This document shows positions 46,774 through 57,232 of a stretch of 64,000 bases of DNA, in pieces. A program made the translations under genes and the position numbers. The stretch covers positions 1-64,000 of the IMG/VR virus record IMGVR_UViG_3300025138_000025; one strand, given 5' to 3'. The notes under the pieces were generated by a model, which saw nothing but the letters and a program-made list of their open reading frames with translations, was not told the DNA's origin and searched no databases. Each line of letters starts with the position of its first letter. The first letter of the stretch is position 1. The stretch is from a virus.

Positions 46774-48141
46774 TTGACACTAGAAAGTGCATTACTGAAG
46801 CAAATCTTGTCGCTTGGCGATTTTGATACTTGGAACGGTTTAAAACAACATTATTTTCCTGAAGGAGAATACCGCAAAATATGGGGTATTGTTGATAAAC
46901 ATGTAGCAAAGTATAAAAATCTACCAACATTCGAAGAACTAAAACTAGAAGTTCGTTCTTCTGAATTACAAGAGAAAATATACGCTATCGAAACTGTTGA
47001 GACAGATGTCGATGCAGACCTATTGCTAGATTATCTCAAGAATCAATTTACCCAATCAGAAATACTAGGCTCAATCGAGTCGTATGTAGAAAACCAAATC
47101 GCAATATCAGACGCTAGAGAGAACATTGATTTACTTCAAGAGATAGTTGTGTCTGTAGAAGATAAAGTAGATACTCAAGATGCAAATGAGAGTATGGAAA
47201 CGATTGAGTTGTTTGATGATGACGAGGCTTATAAGAAACGAATTACTTTAGGATTGAATCAAGACTTCGACCTAGAGTACTCATTCAAATCAGACGAGCT
47301 TGTATTACTTGGTGCTAAGTCAGGTGGTGGTAAGTCTCTCGTTTGTTGTAATGTTGCTAGTACAGTACGAAAACAAGGTCGTAGTGCTTTATACTTTACA
47401 ATAGAAATGAGTAGTAAAGATATTCTACAAAGAATAGTAGCAATCGAAACCGAAGTAGATGCTAATAGATTGATACATCAGAATCTAGAACCACATGAAT
47501 GGAACAAAGTAGGAGAATGGTGGGCAGGCAGATTTGTAGATGGAGAAGAAGTATTATCTAAGTATGATAACTTAGAAAAAGCTAACTTCAAAGAGTTCCA
47601 TAAAGAATTAGTCAGAAATAAAATTGACTACAGTAAACCACAAATAGAAATTTATTACGACCCAGCTCTCACCACAGCAAAAATTGCTAGTGTTGTGAGA
47701 CAGAATTTAGCTAAGTTACATAATCCAGGTGTTATTATTATAGATTACTTAAACCAAGTAAAAAGAACTAACAATGTAAAAGCAGGTCAGTATGACTGGA
47801 CAGAACAGATAGAGATATCTAAATATTTTAAACAGTTGGCACAGGAGTATGACACAACTACTGTTACAGCGATTCAAACGAAAGCAGATGGTTCTGCTAA
47901 ATTTTCAACCAATGTCGATAATGCTGTAGATGCCTTCTATAGTATTGACCATTTTGACCAGTCGGATGCAATGAAGTTCTCTTGTAAGAAAAGAAGAAAC
48001 GCAAGAGTTGTAGGCTTCACGAGTGAGATGAATTGGAGTACACTAAAGGTTGGACCTCACACTGCGTTAGACCCAGACGAGAAAGCTGAGATAAAAGAAA
48101 CTATGGGAACAGGAGAAAAGGTAGATGATGTACCTTGGTAA
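46774..48141 (+). CDS. Replicative DnaB-like helicase (T5 D6)
   Basis: GAKSGGGKS, YFTIEM, IIDYLNQ. Confidence 0.92.
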   Translation: MTLESALLKQILSLGDFDTWNGLKQHYFPEGEYRKIWGIVDKHVAKYKNLPTFEELKLEVRSSELQEKIYAIETVETDVDADLLLDYLKNQFTQSEILGSIESYVENQIAISDARENIDLLQEIVVSVEDKVDTQDANESMETIELFDDDEAYKKRITLGLNQDFDLEYSFKSDELVLLGAKSGGGKSLVCCNVASTVRKQGRSALYFTIEMSSKDILQRIVAIETEVDANRLIHQNLEPHEWNKVGEWWAGRFVDGEEVLSKYDNLEKANFKEFHKELVRNKIDYSKPQIEIYYDPALTTAKIASVVRQNLAKLHNPGVIIIDYLNQVKRTNNVKAGQYDWTEQIEISKYFKQLAQEYDTTTVTAIQTKADGSAKFSTNVDNAVDAFYSIDHFDQSDAMKFSCKKRRNARVVGFTSEMNWSTLKVGPHTALDPDEKAEIKETMGTGEKVDDVPW

Positions 48142-48295
48142 CAGATGATATTATATACAGAAGAACAACTAATGATTGCATACACTCGACATTTAAGAGA
48201 AGTGCAAAAACTACAACATGTCCCAATGCCTACATATGAAGAATTTAGATTAATCTATGAAGATGAATGGACACAAAGATACAAGGAGATGAACG

Positions 48296-49933
48296 ATGGC
48301 TAAAAAAGATGCAACACTAATAATGAAAGAAGTAAAAGCTGGAGGCACTTTCAGAGCCTTACAAGAAGCAAAAAAGCGGATAGATAGAAAACAATGTGCA
48401 TTATTATTCTGTCAAAACAGTATAGATATTAAGAATCAAGAGATAGCAGCAGCAATAAAAGTAGGCATACCAAAACAAGATATTATAGATGTTACAGAGT
48501 TAAACAGTTGGAAAACTAAAGACTTTCTAAATGAAAATAGTTGGAGAGGAAAACTTTTTATATGTAATAAAAATCAAGTTTACTACCAACCACTCATGGC
48601 TTTAGCACCAAGTATTTTTCCTAATGCTCTTAGAATACTAGATGAGTATGATGTGGAAAATACCGGTCATACAGATGGATTACTAGAAGCTATAGAAAAT
48701 ATAAAACAAGGTAAAAGTACTAAATATTCTCAAATAGACCAAGGTCTGCTAAATATAATTGGTGAGCACGATGAAGATAATCTATGGTTAGTAAGTGCTA
48801 CACATTCGGCTGGGCTTATTTCTAACTGGTCTTTTAAAGTTATAGAACTAGACCCCTGGCACGCTAACTATAAAGGTATGAAAGATCATAAAGAAGTAGA
48901 AGTAGCAAACCCAACAATGAGTACTTTACTAGAAAATGCAGAGCTCACAGGAGCAATAAGAGATTATGTATTAAAAGCTACAACAAAATATAAACTACTA
49001 ATAAATACAACAAAAAGAGTAAATAGTGGTGAATCAGAGATAGTAACTCATGCCAGGATAGCTGCTGCTTGTAGAGCATTAGGAAAGATAGCAATAGAAG
49101 TAAACGGCAGCAACCCATATGACTCAGCAAAATGGGATGAAGCAGAAATAGTAATAGGAGGAGCAGTTTTTGATAGAACTTTTGAAGCAAGAGAAGTATA
49201 CACACAAATCACTGCATATAGTAGTACTGGATGGTATGGCTCAATAGAGCAACAAGAAAGGCTTTGCGGTGTAAAAGATGACCCAGATTATCAAACTGTA
49301 CTTATACTTTCAGAGGATGACATAAAGAAAAGAAAAGAAGTATTAAGAGTAAAAGAATTAATTACTCCTGAACTTATGGAAATGACTTGGGAAGAAAGAA
49401 AAGATAAGCTTCCTGACTTTGTGATGAATCCTTACCCAGGAAATAAAAATAATGGTGGAAAATTAACTCGTAAAAATAATAATAATTATGAAGCATTAGT
49501 TAATTTAAAGGTACTACCCAATGGCAAACCTGACTTGAGTGAATTTAGACAAAAAGCAACAATATTATCAGAGTTTAGATTAGATGATGGCAAACCTGAC
49601 GGCACTGGATTAAGTATGAGAGATATGCACGGTTATGGAAATAAATGCTCTATAGATATTGCAACATCAAAAAGAAGTGCAGGGGAAGTAAAACTTCGTT
49701 TAGAAGCGAATAAAAAGAATAATTTGGGATTAGCAGAGGGAACAAGAATCTCAAACTATAATAAGTTTATTCTAGGAACAAGAGAGGAGAGGCTAAGAAG
49801 AGTAGAAGAGCTGCCTAAGGAGTTATTTCTAGATGCTCAATTTGATAAAGAATATCAATGGTACACAGTTTATACAAAGAAAAATACAACAGGAACAAGA
49901 CAATATATAAAAGAGGAAAATTATGGCGGATGA
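48296..49933 (+). CDS. Divergent SF2-helicase-fold protein, Z1-domain-like
   Basis: EVKAGGT, ILDEYD, VSAT, LLINT, IVIGG...DR, EQQERLCG in SF2/Z1 motif order. Confidence 0.5.
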   Translation: MAKKDATLIMKEVKAGGTFRALQEAKKRIDRKQCALLFCQNSIDIKNQEIAAAIKVGIPKQDIIDVTELNSWKTKDFLNENSWRGKLFICNKNQVYYQPLMALAPSIFPNALRILDEYDVENTGHTDGLLEAIENIKQGKSTKYSQIDQGLLNIIGEHDEDNLWLVSATHSAGLISNWSFKVIELDPWHANYKGMKDHKEVEVANPTMSTLLENAELTGAIRDYVLKATTKYKLLINTTKRVNSGESEIVTHARIAAACRALGKIAIEVNGSNPYDSAKWDEAEIVIGGAVFDRTFEAREVYTQITAYSSTGWYGSIEQQERLCGVKDDPDYQTVLILSEDDIKKRKEVLRVKELITPELMEMTWEERKDKLPDFVMNPYPGNKNNGGKLTRKNNNNYEALVNLKVLPNGKPDLSEFRQKATILSEFRLDDGKPDGTGLSMRDMHGYGNKCSIDIATSKRSAGEVKLRLEANKKNNLGLAEGTRISNYNKFILGTREERLRRVEELPKELFLDAQFDKEYQWYTVYTKKNTTGTRQYIKEENYGG

Positions 49934-50420
49934 TAGAGTAAGTAGAGAAACTGCTGAGATTATACCTCTCCCACCACACACATGGTATGTAAAAACCGTT
50001 GGCTGGATGCTAGAACAAGCAAAAGTAAAAGAGAATATAGAAAATGTTCCACCCAACGAACCATTAACAAACAGTCTGAGGCAGCATGGAATCAAATCTC
50101 CCATTCTATGCATGCCCAACTGGTACCCCATTGCCGGCTCTCAAAGAATGAGAGCCGCGGTGGACTTACCTGAGATACACAACCAAGAAATAAGAGTCTG
50201 CCGCTTCGATCAGGAGTGGTGGCTTTTATATTATCTATGGGGAGATACAGATTTTAGAGACAAATCCATAGCAGTCTGGTTCCAGATGGCAGAACTAGTA
50301 TGGAAGTCTAGATACTATGAACATGAGGTTGACCCAAGTGGTATGGACATGAGAGAGTTCGAGCGCATTGGAGATAAACTAAAATGGAAACATAACAAAG
50401 ACGACGATAAGTGGAAATAA
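49923..50420 (+). CDS. ParB/Srx-like domain protein
   Basis: SLRQHGIKSPIL....IAGSQRMRA. Confidence 0.55.
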   Translation: MADDRVSRETAEIIPLPPHTWYVKTVGWMLEQAKVKENIENVPPNEPLTNSLRQHGIKSPILCMPNWYPIAGSQRMRAAVDLPEIHNQEIRVCRFDQEWWLLYYLWGDTDFRDKSIAVWFQMAELVWKSRYYEHEVDPSGMDMREFERIGDKLKWKHNKDDDKWK

Positions 50421-50483
50421 TAAGTCACATACCAAAAATAATTCTTGACACGGGGTTAAAAAATTGGTATAATATATATAATT

Positions 50484-51332
50484 ATGACAGCAGAAGAACT
50501 ATTACAAGAGAAAGGATTAGCGTATCAGCTTAGCGGTAAAGACGCTAAAGTTTGTTGTCTAAACCCAGAACATGATGACTCAAATCCGTCAATGAGAATT
50601 GATAGAATTACTGGAGTCTTCAACTGTTTTTCCTGTGGTTTTAAAGGTAATTTGTTTACGTACTTTGGAGCACCTTCTAGCCCTTTAGAAGTGAGGCTCC
50701 ATCGTATTCGTGAAGCAATAACGAAAGTCAAGTCTCAAACAGTAGGTATTCAATTACCTAAGGAGAGAATAAGATGGTCAGGTGGACCGCTCAGAAATAT
50801 CTCAGAGGATACTCTAAAGATATGGGATGCGTTTACTTGGAACACTCCTAAGTTTGAAGGCAGAATTGTCTTTCCAATCAGAAACATCACAGGAAAAACT
50901 GTTGCCTTAATCGGAAGATTAATCAGTGAAGCAGGTATGGGACAATCGAAGTACTATATCTATCCTGGCGGGGCGGAAATGCCCTTTTGCCCTGCTAAGG
51001 TAAAACCAATACAAAACAGAGTAATTCTAGTTGAAGGCATATTTGATGCCCTTAACTTATGGGACAAAGGTCTTAAGAATACTGTCTGTTGTTTTGGTAC
51101 GCAACAAATAAATTGGGTAAAACTATCCTTACTAAAAATGCAAGGCGTACAAGGAGTAGACATCATGTTTGATGGAGACGAAGCAGGTAGCAGAGCTGCA
51201 GAAGCAGCCAAAGGTCTAGCTGAGAAACTTGATATGTCAGCAAGGATAGTAACTTTACCACCTAACACAGATCCTGGTAACTTAAATCGTGACCAGATAG
51301 AAAGACTTAAAAAGAAATTGTATGGCGAATAA
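50484..51332 (+). CDS. DNA primase (CHC2 zinc finger plus TOPRIM)
   Basis: CLNPEHDD.NPS, CFSCG, LVEGIFD, FDGDEAG; promoter at 50445-50473. Confidence 0.94.
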   Translation: MTAEELLQEKGLAYQLSGKDAKVCCLNPEHDDSNPSMRIDRITGVFNCFSCGFKGNLFTYFGAPSSPLEVRLHRIREAITKVKSQTVGIQLPKERIRWSGGPLRNISEDTLKIWDAFTWNTPKFEGRIVFPIRNITGKTVALIGRLISEAGMGQSKYYIYPGGAEMPFCPAKVKPIQNRVILVEGIFDALNLWDKGLKNTVCCFGTQQINWVKLSLLKMQGVQGVDIMFDGDEAGSRAAEAAKGLAEKLDMSARIVTLPPNTDPGNLNRDQIERLKKKLYGE

Positions 51333-52161
51333 CTACAAAAATTGTGCTACTAACCGCTCCACAAATGACTTGTGGACTGAGTATGACTATACTTTTTGTG
51401 AAGAACAAGAGTGGGATATAGAGTTCTGCTCAGATACATTAGGAAGAACGCCAGTATCAATTAGAAAGGCTAAACAGAAGTATAATCTAACTTTCCATAA
51501 ACCTTCCCTATGGGAGAAAGGTGGTAAGAGATGGCATCCTTTAGCTAAAGAAATATTATTTGAGTATAAGAGAAAACATATAGAAGATAAAACTCCTATA
51601 CTACAAGATGAATGGTTCGAGATACAAAAGAGATTAGAAGAAGTAGAAGGTTTCTACAGAAACTATAAGCAATGCGATATGCAGACTGAAGCTAAACGAA
51701 TGGTTAACCATCGTCAGACTGACTATGAGAGAGCTACTATTCATATAGATTGGATAGTAACAAAAGAACCTACAGATGCCAAAGACACTATAGAAGTAGA
51801 GTGTCCTGTAGGTCATAAGTTCACACATCATTTTTATGCGTGGACAGACAAAGACATAGGCTGTCCAGCCTGTGCAAGAAAGGAAAATACAACATTGTAC
51901 TTTCTAGATTTTGGCGAATTTGTAAAGATAGGAATAACAGTTAAGACCCCTGAGAAAAGATTTCAAGGCATACCTTTCGAGACAATACAAACAATGAATA
52001 ATATAAGTTGGGGACACGCCCACTATATAGAACAACAAATTATTAAAAACAACAAAGAGTTTGCAACAGAACCTGAATTACTAGTAGGCAATGGCTCAAC
52101 AGAGTGTTTCACTACTGATGCAAAACAATCAATTTTAGAGGAATTAAAACAATGGCAATAG
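51322..52161 (+). CDS. Putative free-standing homing endonuclease (Zn ribbon plus GIY-YIG-like)
   Basis: CPVGH..GCPAC, LYFL..VKIGIT..KRF, EQ, STECF; lies between primase and polymerase. Confidence 0.65.
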   Translation: MANNYKNCATNRSTNDLWTEYDYTFCEEQEWDIEFCSDTLGRTPVSIRKAKQKYNLTFHKPSLWEKGGKRWHPLAKEILFEYKRKHIEDKTPILQDEWFEIQKRLEEVEGFYRNYKQCDMQTEAKRMVNHRQTDYERATIHIDWIVTKEPTDAKDTIEVECPVGHKFTHHFYAWTDKDIGCPACARKENTTLYFLDFGEFVKIGITVKTPEKRFQGIPFETIQTMNNISWGHAHYIEQQIIKNNKEFATEPELLVGNGSTECFTTDAKQSILEELKQWQ

Positions 52162-54413
52162 CAATAATAGAAACAAAGATGTCTTCTACCAACTGGGATA
52201 GATACTTTGATTTTGAGGTAGACCGATATGCTCTATGCTCAAATTCTAGTGTCAAAAAAGTCTTGAAAAAAGATGTAGATATAGAAATAGATATCGATGC
52301 GTATGATTGGCTCATTCTTGTAGGTTCAGAAGCCTTCAAAATGTATACAAAAAAGACATCGGTAACAGAGTTCAATGGAAAAGTTTGCGATTCTAAGTTT
52401 TTAGGTTTAATTAATCCCGCAATGATTAAGTTCAAACCAGAAGCAAAGACAGAATTCGAGCGTGCAGTCGATAGTATATCGAAATACGTAAGCGGAGAAC
52501 TTAAACAAGAGAGACTCGGTGAAGATAAGTGTTATGGAATCACAGAAACAAGTGACCTAATAGTTTATCTTAATAAAGCACTAGCAGATAAGAAAGATTA
52601 TGTCGCACTAGATAGTGAGACTTCTGCTTTATATTGTAGAGATGGCTATATGCTAGGATTCTCTATGTCTTATGAAGCTGACCATGGAGTTTATGTTGAC
52701 TGCGAGGCAATTGACGAAGAAGCTGAAGCTCTTATGCAAAAGATATTTGATACTAAAAGAATAGTATTTCATAATAGTAAGTTCGATTTACAATGGTTTG
52801 AGTATCATTTCAACTTTAAATTTCCAAAATTTGAAGACACAATGTTAATGCACTATATGTTTGACGAACAACCAGGAAAGCATGGACTTAAACAGTTAGC
52901 AATCAAACACACACCATATGGAGATTACGAACAAGAGTTAGACCAGTGGAGAGAAAGTTATTGTAAGACTCATGGAATACTCAAAGGAGATTTCAGTTAT
53001 GACTTGATACCATTTGAAGTAATGAAAACATACGCAGCGATGGATGCAGTAGTTACTTTATTATTGTTTGAGAAGTTTGAAGCTCCTCTTAGAAGTAATG
53101 ACAAACTGTATTGGGTGTATAAGAATCTACTCATCGAAGGAGTAAGGTTCCTTAAAGATGCAGAGTCTAACGGTGTACCTTTCGATAGAACTAGACTAGA
53201 GTTTGGACAAAAGAGAATGAATGAAGATATCGAGAAGGCAGTTGCAGAACTATACAAGTTTCCAGAAATAAAAGCTTACGAGAAAGCTAAAGGCTCAGAC
53301 TTCAATCCTAACTCTACATTACAGCTTAGAGAGTTACTATTTGACTATTTAAATCTGACCCCAACGGGGAAGAAAACAGGCACAGGAGCTCACAGCACAG
53401 ACGCGGAAGTTCTCGGACAACTCGCAGAGGAACATGAAGTACCTAAACATATTCTTGAAATAAGACAGAAAGTTAAGATTAAATCTACCTATCTTGATAA
53501 AATTATACCTAACCTTGATAGAGATTCAAGGCTTCGTACAAACTTTAACCTACACGGAACTACGAGCGGAAGGCTATCATCTAGTGGTAAACTAAATATG
53601 CAACAACTTCCAAGAGACAATCCGACTGTAAAAGGTTGTATCAAAGCTAAAGCAGGATATAAGATAGTTGCAATGGATTTAACAACAGCAGAAGTATATT
53701 GTGCTGCGATACTTGCAAAGGATAGAGGACTACAGAATGTATTTAAGTCAGGTGGTAATTTCCACAGTACGATTGCTAAACAAGTATTCAGACTACCAGG
53801 AGAGGTAGAAGAAGTTGCAGAGTTCTATCCTGCCAAAAGACAACAGGCAAAAGCCGTTACCTTTGGTATTATGTATGGAGCAGGCCCGAAAAAGATTAGT
53901 GAACAGGTCACGAAGGATAGTGGAGAATACTTTTCACCACTTCAAGCGAAAGAAGTTATTGATGATTACTTCGAGGCATTTCCTAAACTCAAAGAGTGGT
54001 TAGACAATACTAAAGATTTTATTCAAGCCAATGGCTATGTCTACTCTCATTTTGGAAGAAAGAGAAGATTACCGAATGTCTTTAGTAAAGATAAAGGTAT
54101 TGCGTCACACGAAGTTCGTAGTGGTGTAAATGCTCTCGTTCAATCTGTGTCTAGTGATATTAATTTACTAGGTGCTATTGATATGCAAAAGCATATTGTT
54201 GAGACAGGCATGGACGCCAAGATATTTGCACTTGTTCACGATTCAGTTCTAGCAGAAGTACGAGAAGATTTAGTAGAAGATTATAGTATCAAATTGAGAC
54301 TATGTATTCAGAAAGATAGAGGCTTAATGATTCAAGGCTCACCAGTTGGATGTGACTTTGATGTCGCTGATGATTACAGTTTAGGTAAGTTCGGGAAGTT
54401 ATATGGTATTTAG
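52152..54413 (+). CDS. Family A DNA polymerase (T5-like)
   Basis: DSET exonuclease, TTSGRLSS, DLTTAEV, RQQAKAVTFGIMYG, VHDS. Confidence 0.97.
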   Translation: MAIAIIETKMSSTNWDRYFDFEVDRYALCSNSSVKKVLKKDVDIEIDIDAYDWLILVGSEAFKMYTKKTSVTEFNGKVCDSKFLGLINPAMIKFKPEAKTEFERAVDSISKYVSGELKQERLGEDKCYGITETSDLIVYLNKALADKKDYVALDSETSALYCRDGYMLGFSMSYEADHGVYVDCEAIDEEAEALMQKIFDTKRIVFHNSKFDLQWFEYHFNFKFPKFEDTMLMHYMFDEQPGKHGLKQLAIKHTPYGDYEQELDQWRESYCKTHGILKGDFSYDLIPFEVMKTYAAMDAVVTLLLFEKFEAPLRSNDKLYWVYKNLLIEGVRFLKDAESNGVPFDRTRLEFGQKRMNEDIEKAVAELYKFPEIKAYEKAKGSDFNPNSTLQLRELLFDYLNLTPTGKKTGTGAHSTDAEVLGQLAEEHEVPKHILEIRQKVKIKSTYLDKIIPNLDRDSRLRTNFNLHGTTSGRLSSSGKLNMQQLPRDNPTVKGCIKAKAGYKIVAMDLTTAEVYCAAILAKDRGLQNVFKSGGNFHSTIAKQVFRLPGEVEEVAEFYPAKRQQAKAVTFGIMYGAGPKKISEQVTKDSGEYFSPLQAKEVIDDYFEAFPKLKEWLDNTKDFIQANGYVYSHFGRKRRLPNVFSKDKGIASHEVRSGVNALVQSVSSDINLLGAIDMQKHIVETGMDAKIFALVHDSVLAEVREDLVEDYSIKLRLCIQKDRGLMIQGSPVGCDFDVADDYSLGKFGKLYGI

Positions 54414-55053
54414 AGAGTTAAACTTATGTTTTATTCATATCCCAAAGTGCGGAGGTTCAAGCATAACTATGCAGTACCACAGAAAGCATGAAGGAGGTAT
54501 TCATAATACTGTAGGTAAGACTTGGAGACCAGGACTAGAAGTAGAAATGTACAGACCTATTGGAAGAGAAGGACAGATACAAAAGTTACACAATATGCAT
54601 GCTGATGCAGACCAATACTATCCTGTGTTCAGAGAATATGATATGATTACACAGGTAAGATATCCACTAGATAGATTCGCTAGTGCATGGAAGCATCTAG
54701 CAAGTGTAGACTTAGTAGATACTCCTTTTGATAAGTGGGTACCTCGTGCAATTGAAAATTTATATGAAGGTCATTGGGCAAGGTCATTAGACTATCCAGA
54801 ACAATACATTCAACACTTAAGTGTTATCAATCCAGGATTTGATGCAAGTATATTATTTAAACATCAGTATACTTTCCTTAGACCTGAAGTTGAAGTACAC
54901 AAATTAGAGGCAGGAACAATTTGGGAAAGATTAAATTTAAAACCCCTGCTACACAATAACAGTCTACCAAAATATGAGGCAAAGTGGACTAGGCATAATG
55001 AAATGCTAGTAGGAGATTACTATGAAAGAGACTTTATTGAATTCGGATATTGA
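54403..55053 (+). CDS. Sulfotransferase family 2
   Basis: FIHIPKCGGSSI, VRYPLDRFASAW, YERDF..FGY. Confidence 0.85.
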   Translation: MVFRELNLCFIHIPKCGGSSITMQYHRKHEGGIHNTVGKTWRPGLEVEMYRPIGREGQIQKLHNMHADADQYYPVFREYDMITQVRYPLDRFASAWKHLASVDLVDTPFDKWVPRAIENLYEGHWARSLDYPEQYIQHLSVINPGFDASILFKHQYTFLRPEVEVHKLEAGTIWERLNLKPLLHNNSLPKYEAKWTRHNEMLVGDYYERDFIEFGY

Positions 55054-55720
55054 TAGTATAGTAGCCTGTGGTGGTGGTATTGAGACAGCAGCCGCTGTTG
55101 CCTGGGCAGTAGATAAAGGATATAAACCTTTTCTATTTACTGAAGTTGTAGATAGAGATAATCCTGCTATAAAAGGAATGACAAGAGCCTGTGAAGATAT
55201 AGCAGAGTATTTTAATTTACCATTCAAGGCAGCTTATAATGATATGCCTATGGAAAATGCAAGTATACCACCTACTGACTTCTCATTTGCACAAGCAATA
55301 AAACTAATTCTAGGCAATCCTAATATTAGATTTAAGTATATTATCAATGGTGGAAATGCAGAAGATAGTATGCAACAAAGAGTACAGATACGATACCTAC
55401 AGAGAATAATTACTAGTAGGTGGGGCAATCAATATGACATGCACGGAATGAAATGGAAGGCATTTTTAAATGTGCCTATAATGTTATTTCCATTTGAGTA
55501 CTTACAAAAGTCAGAGATTATAGGAATAATGATGAACAAACATCCAGAACTTGTAAAGAAAGTCTGGACTTGTGTATCTCCTATTAAAAAAGAAAACAAT
55601 TACAAACAATGCGGACAATGTGGCAAGTGTACTGAATGGAGTTCAGCACTTAGAGTAGCAAAGCAAGCTAAATTAAAGATACAAGAGGGACTAGATTATG
55701 AGTATAATATGCGTCAGTAA
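55022..55720 (+). CDS. QueC-like PP-loop protein (paralog of 41845-42522)
   Basis: CGGGIET, FPFEYLQKSEI, VWTC..CGQCGKC. Confidence 0.72.
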   Translation: MKETLLNSDIDSIVACGGGIETAAAVAWAVDKGYKPFLFTEVVDRDNPAIKGMTRACEDIAEYFNLPFKAAYNDMPMENASIPPTDFSFAQAIKLILGNPNIRFKYIINGGNAEDSMQQRVQIRYLQRIITSRWGNQYDMHGMKWKAFLNVPIMLFPFEYLQKSEIIGIMMNKHPELVKKVWTCVSPIKKENNYKQCGQCGKCTEWSSALRVAKQAKLKIQEGLDYEYNMRQ

Positions 55721-56225
55721 AGAGTGGCACGAGTTAACAATAGAAGAATTATACAGAATTATACAGTTACGAATTGATGGATTCATAGTACAAAATAAAA
55801 CCTGTTATCAAGACTTAGAAGCACACTATGACCAGAATGGTTGGTACACTATGTACTATGATACAAGTTTAGGTATGCATCCTCAGTCTATGGTAGGGCA
55901 GACACAGTTTTGTACTAATAAAAGTTTTACAGGTAGTGATGGTACAGTATACACCTATCCTGCATGGCGCAGACAGACTTGGTTGCCAGGTTATAGAGAT
56001 TGGAGAGTAGAGCAACCACAAACTGTTGCAGCTGCAATGAAGTATACAGGAAAGCCTTACATGATGGCAGAAGTTATGAGCGAAGGATATATACAGCACA
56101 TGATAGATAAGTGTGGGTATAGATGTGTTACAGATGAGCCTTACTTAGATGATGCAGGTAGACCTAACTGGGTATGTGTAAATGATACTATAGACTTCCA
56201 AGAAAGGTATGGTGTAAAGATATGA
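55698..56225 (+). CDS. ElaA-like GNAT (paralog of 40645-41121)
   Basis: ELTIEELYRIIQLRIDGFIVQNKTCYQDLE, YPAWRRQ. Confidence 0.7.
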   Translation: MSIICVSKEWHELTIEELYRIIQLRIDGFIVQNKTCYQDLEAHYDQNGWYTMYYDTSLGMHPQSMVGQTQFCTNKSFTGSDGTVYTYPAWRRQTWLPGYRDWRVEQPQTVAAAMKYTGKPYMMAEVMSEGYIQHMIDKCGYRCVTDEPYLDDAGRPNWVCVNDTIDFQERYGVKI

Positions 56226-56692
56226 GAGCCCCAGTGTTCCCTTTCGAGTTTGATGTAGATAGAGAGTGGCTATTAGAAAAAGCATTACAAGAGCCTAGAA
56301 GACAGTTCTATCACCATGGAAAGAAAGAAGAAAGAATAGAAGGCTACAAGTATGCTATAATAGACTATCCTGAACTACAAGAACTAGTAGGCAGATTCGC
56401 ATTGGCTATAAAAGGCAGATGGAATATGAAGTTTGTGTACATTGCCCCTAACACTACTATAGGTTGGCATAAAGATTGGGGAACAAAGTGTGCGTTTAAT
56501 TGGGTTATAAATGGTAATAACGCAGCAATAAAATATAGAGATAGACCATACGCTTATAGCTCAGCTATAATAAACACACAAGAAGAACATATGGTCAAGA
56601 ATAATGACCGAGAACGAATACTATTTAAGATAGCTTTATTCGATAAGAGTTACGAGGAAACATGCAAACAATTCAGTTCCCAATTTTTGTAA
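56222..56692 (+). CDS. 2OG-Fe(II)/cupin oxygenase-like protein
   Basis: IGWHKD, HMVKN..ERILFK. Confidence 0.65.
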   Translation: MRAPVFPFEFDVDREWLLEKALQEPRRQFYHHGKKEERIEGYKYAIIDYPELQELVGRFALAIKGRWNMKFVYIAPNTTIGWHKDWGTKCAFNWVINGNNAAIKYRDRPYAYSSAIINTQEEHMVKNNDRERILFKIALFDKSYEETCKQFSSQFL

Positions 56693-57135
56693 TACATAGT
56701 GATAATGTAGAAGAACTGGATGGCATACTATGGTTAGATGACCAAGTACTAGACGATAAAAACATGGAAGGCGATAGTCTAGGTATGAGAAGAATACAGT
56801 CGCCAATGAAAAGTATATATCCTTTGAGATATATGATAGAAGATGAGATTAGTTATTTAAAGCACAGAGGGAATACCTTTATAGATAGTACAGGAAAAAT
56901 TATTATAAAGGAAAAGAATAGAAATGCTAGACTAATATATCATAAGATTGTAAAAACAGATTTAAAAGACGTAGCCGCTGTAGTATGGCTAGAGGGAGTT
57001 CCTTTTCCTTTCATAGAAAAGAGACCACCCCCAGCAGAATATACATGGGCAGGAGTGCTACATTTATCAGGTTTCCCATGGAAAGTTTGGGAATACTGTG
57101 AAGAAAAGAAAAAAGATACATGGAGAAAAGTATGA
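56662..57135 (+). CDS. Conserved T5-like hypothetical protein
   Basis: FPIF, VLDDKN.EG..LG.RR, FIDSTG, DTWRKV; T5 synteny after pol. Confidence 0.7.
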   Translation: MQTIQFPIFVIHSDNVEELDGILWLDDQVLDDKNMEGDSLGMRRIQSPMKSIYPLRYMIEDEISYLKHRGNTFIDSTGKIIIKEKNRNARLIYHKIVKTDLKDVAAVVWLEGVPFPFIEKRPPPAEYTWAGVLHLSGFPWKVWEYCEEKKKDTWRKV

Positions 57136-57232
57136 TTAGTTTAATATTATGGACTTGCTTGGTAACAGCATGGCTATGCTATGGTGGACAAGTAATATAT
57201 AACTATATAAAGCATAACAGTGAGCTAATGTA

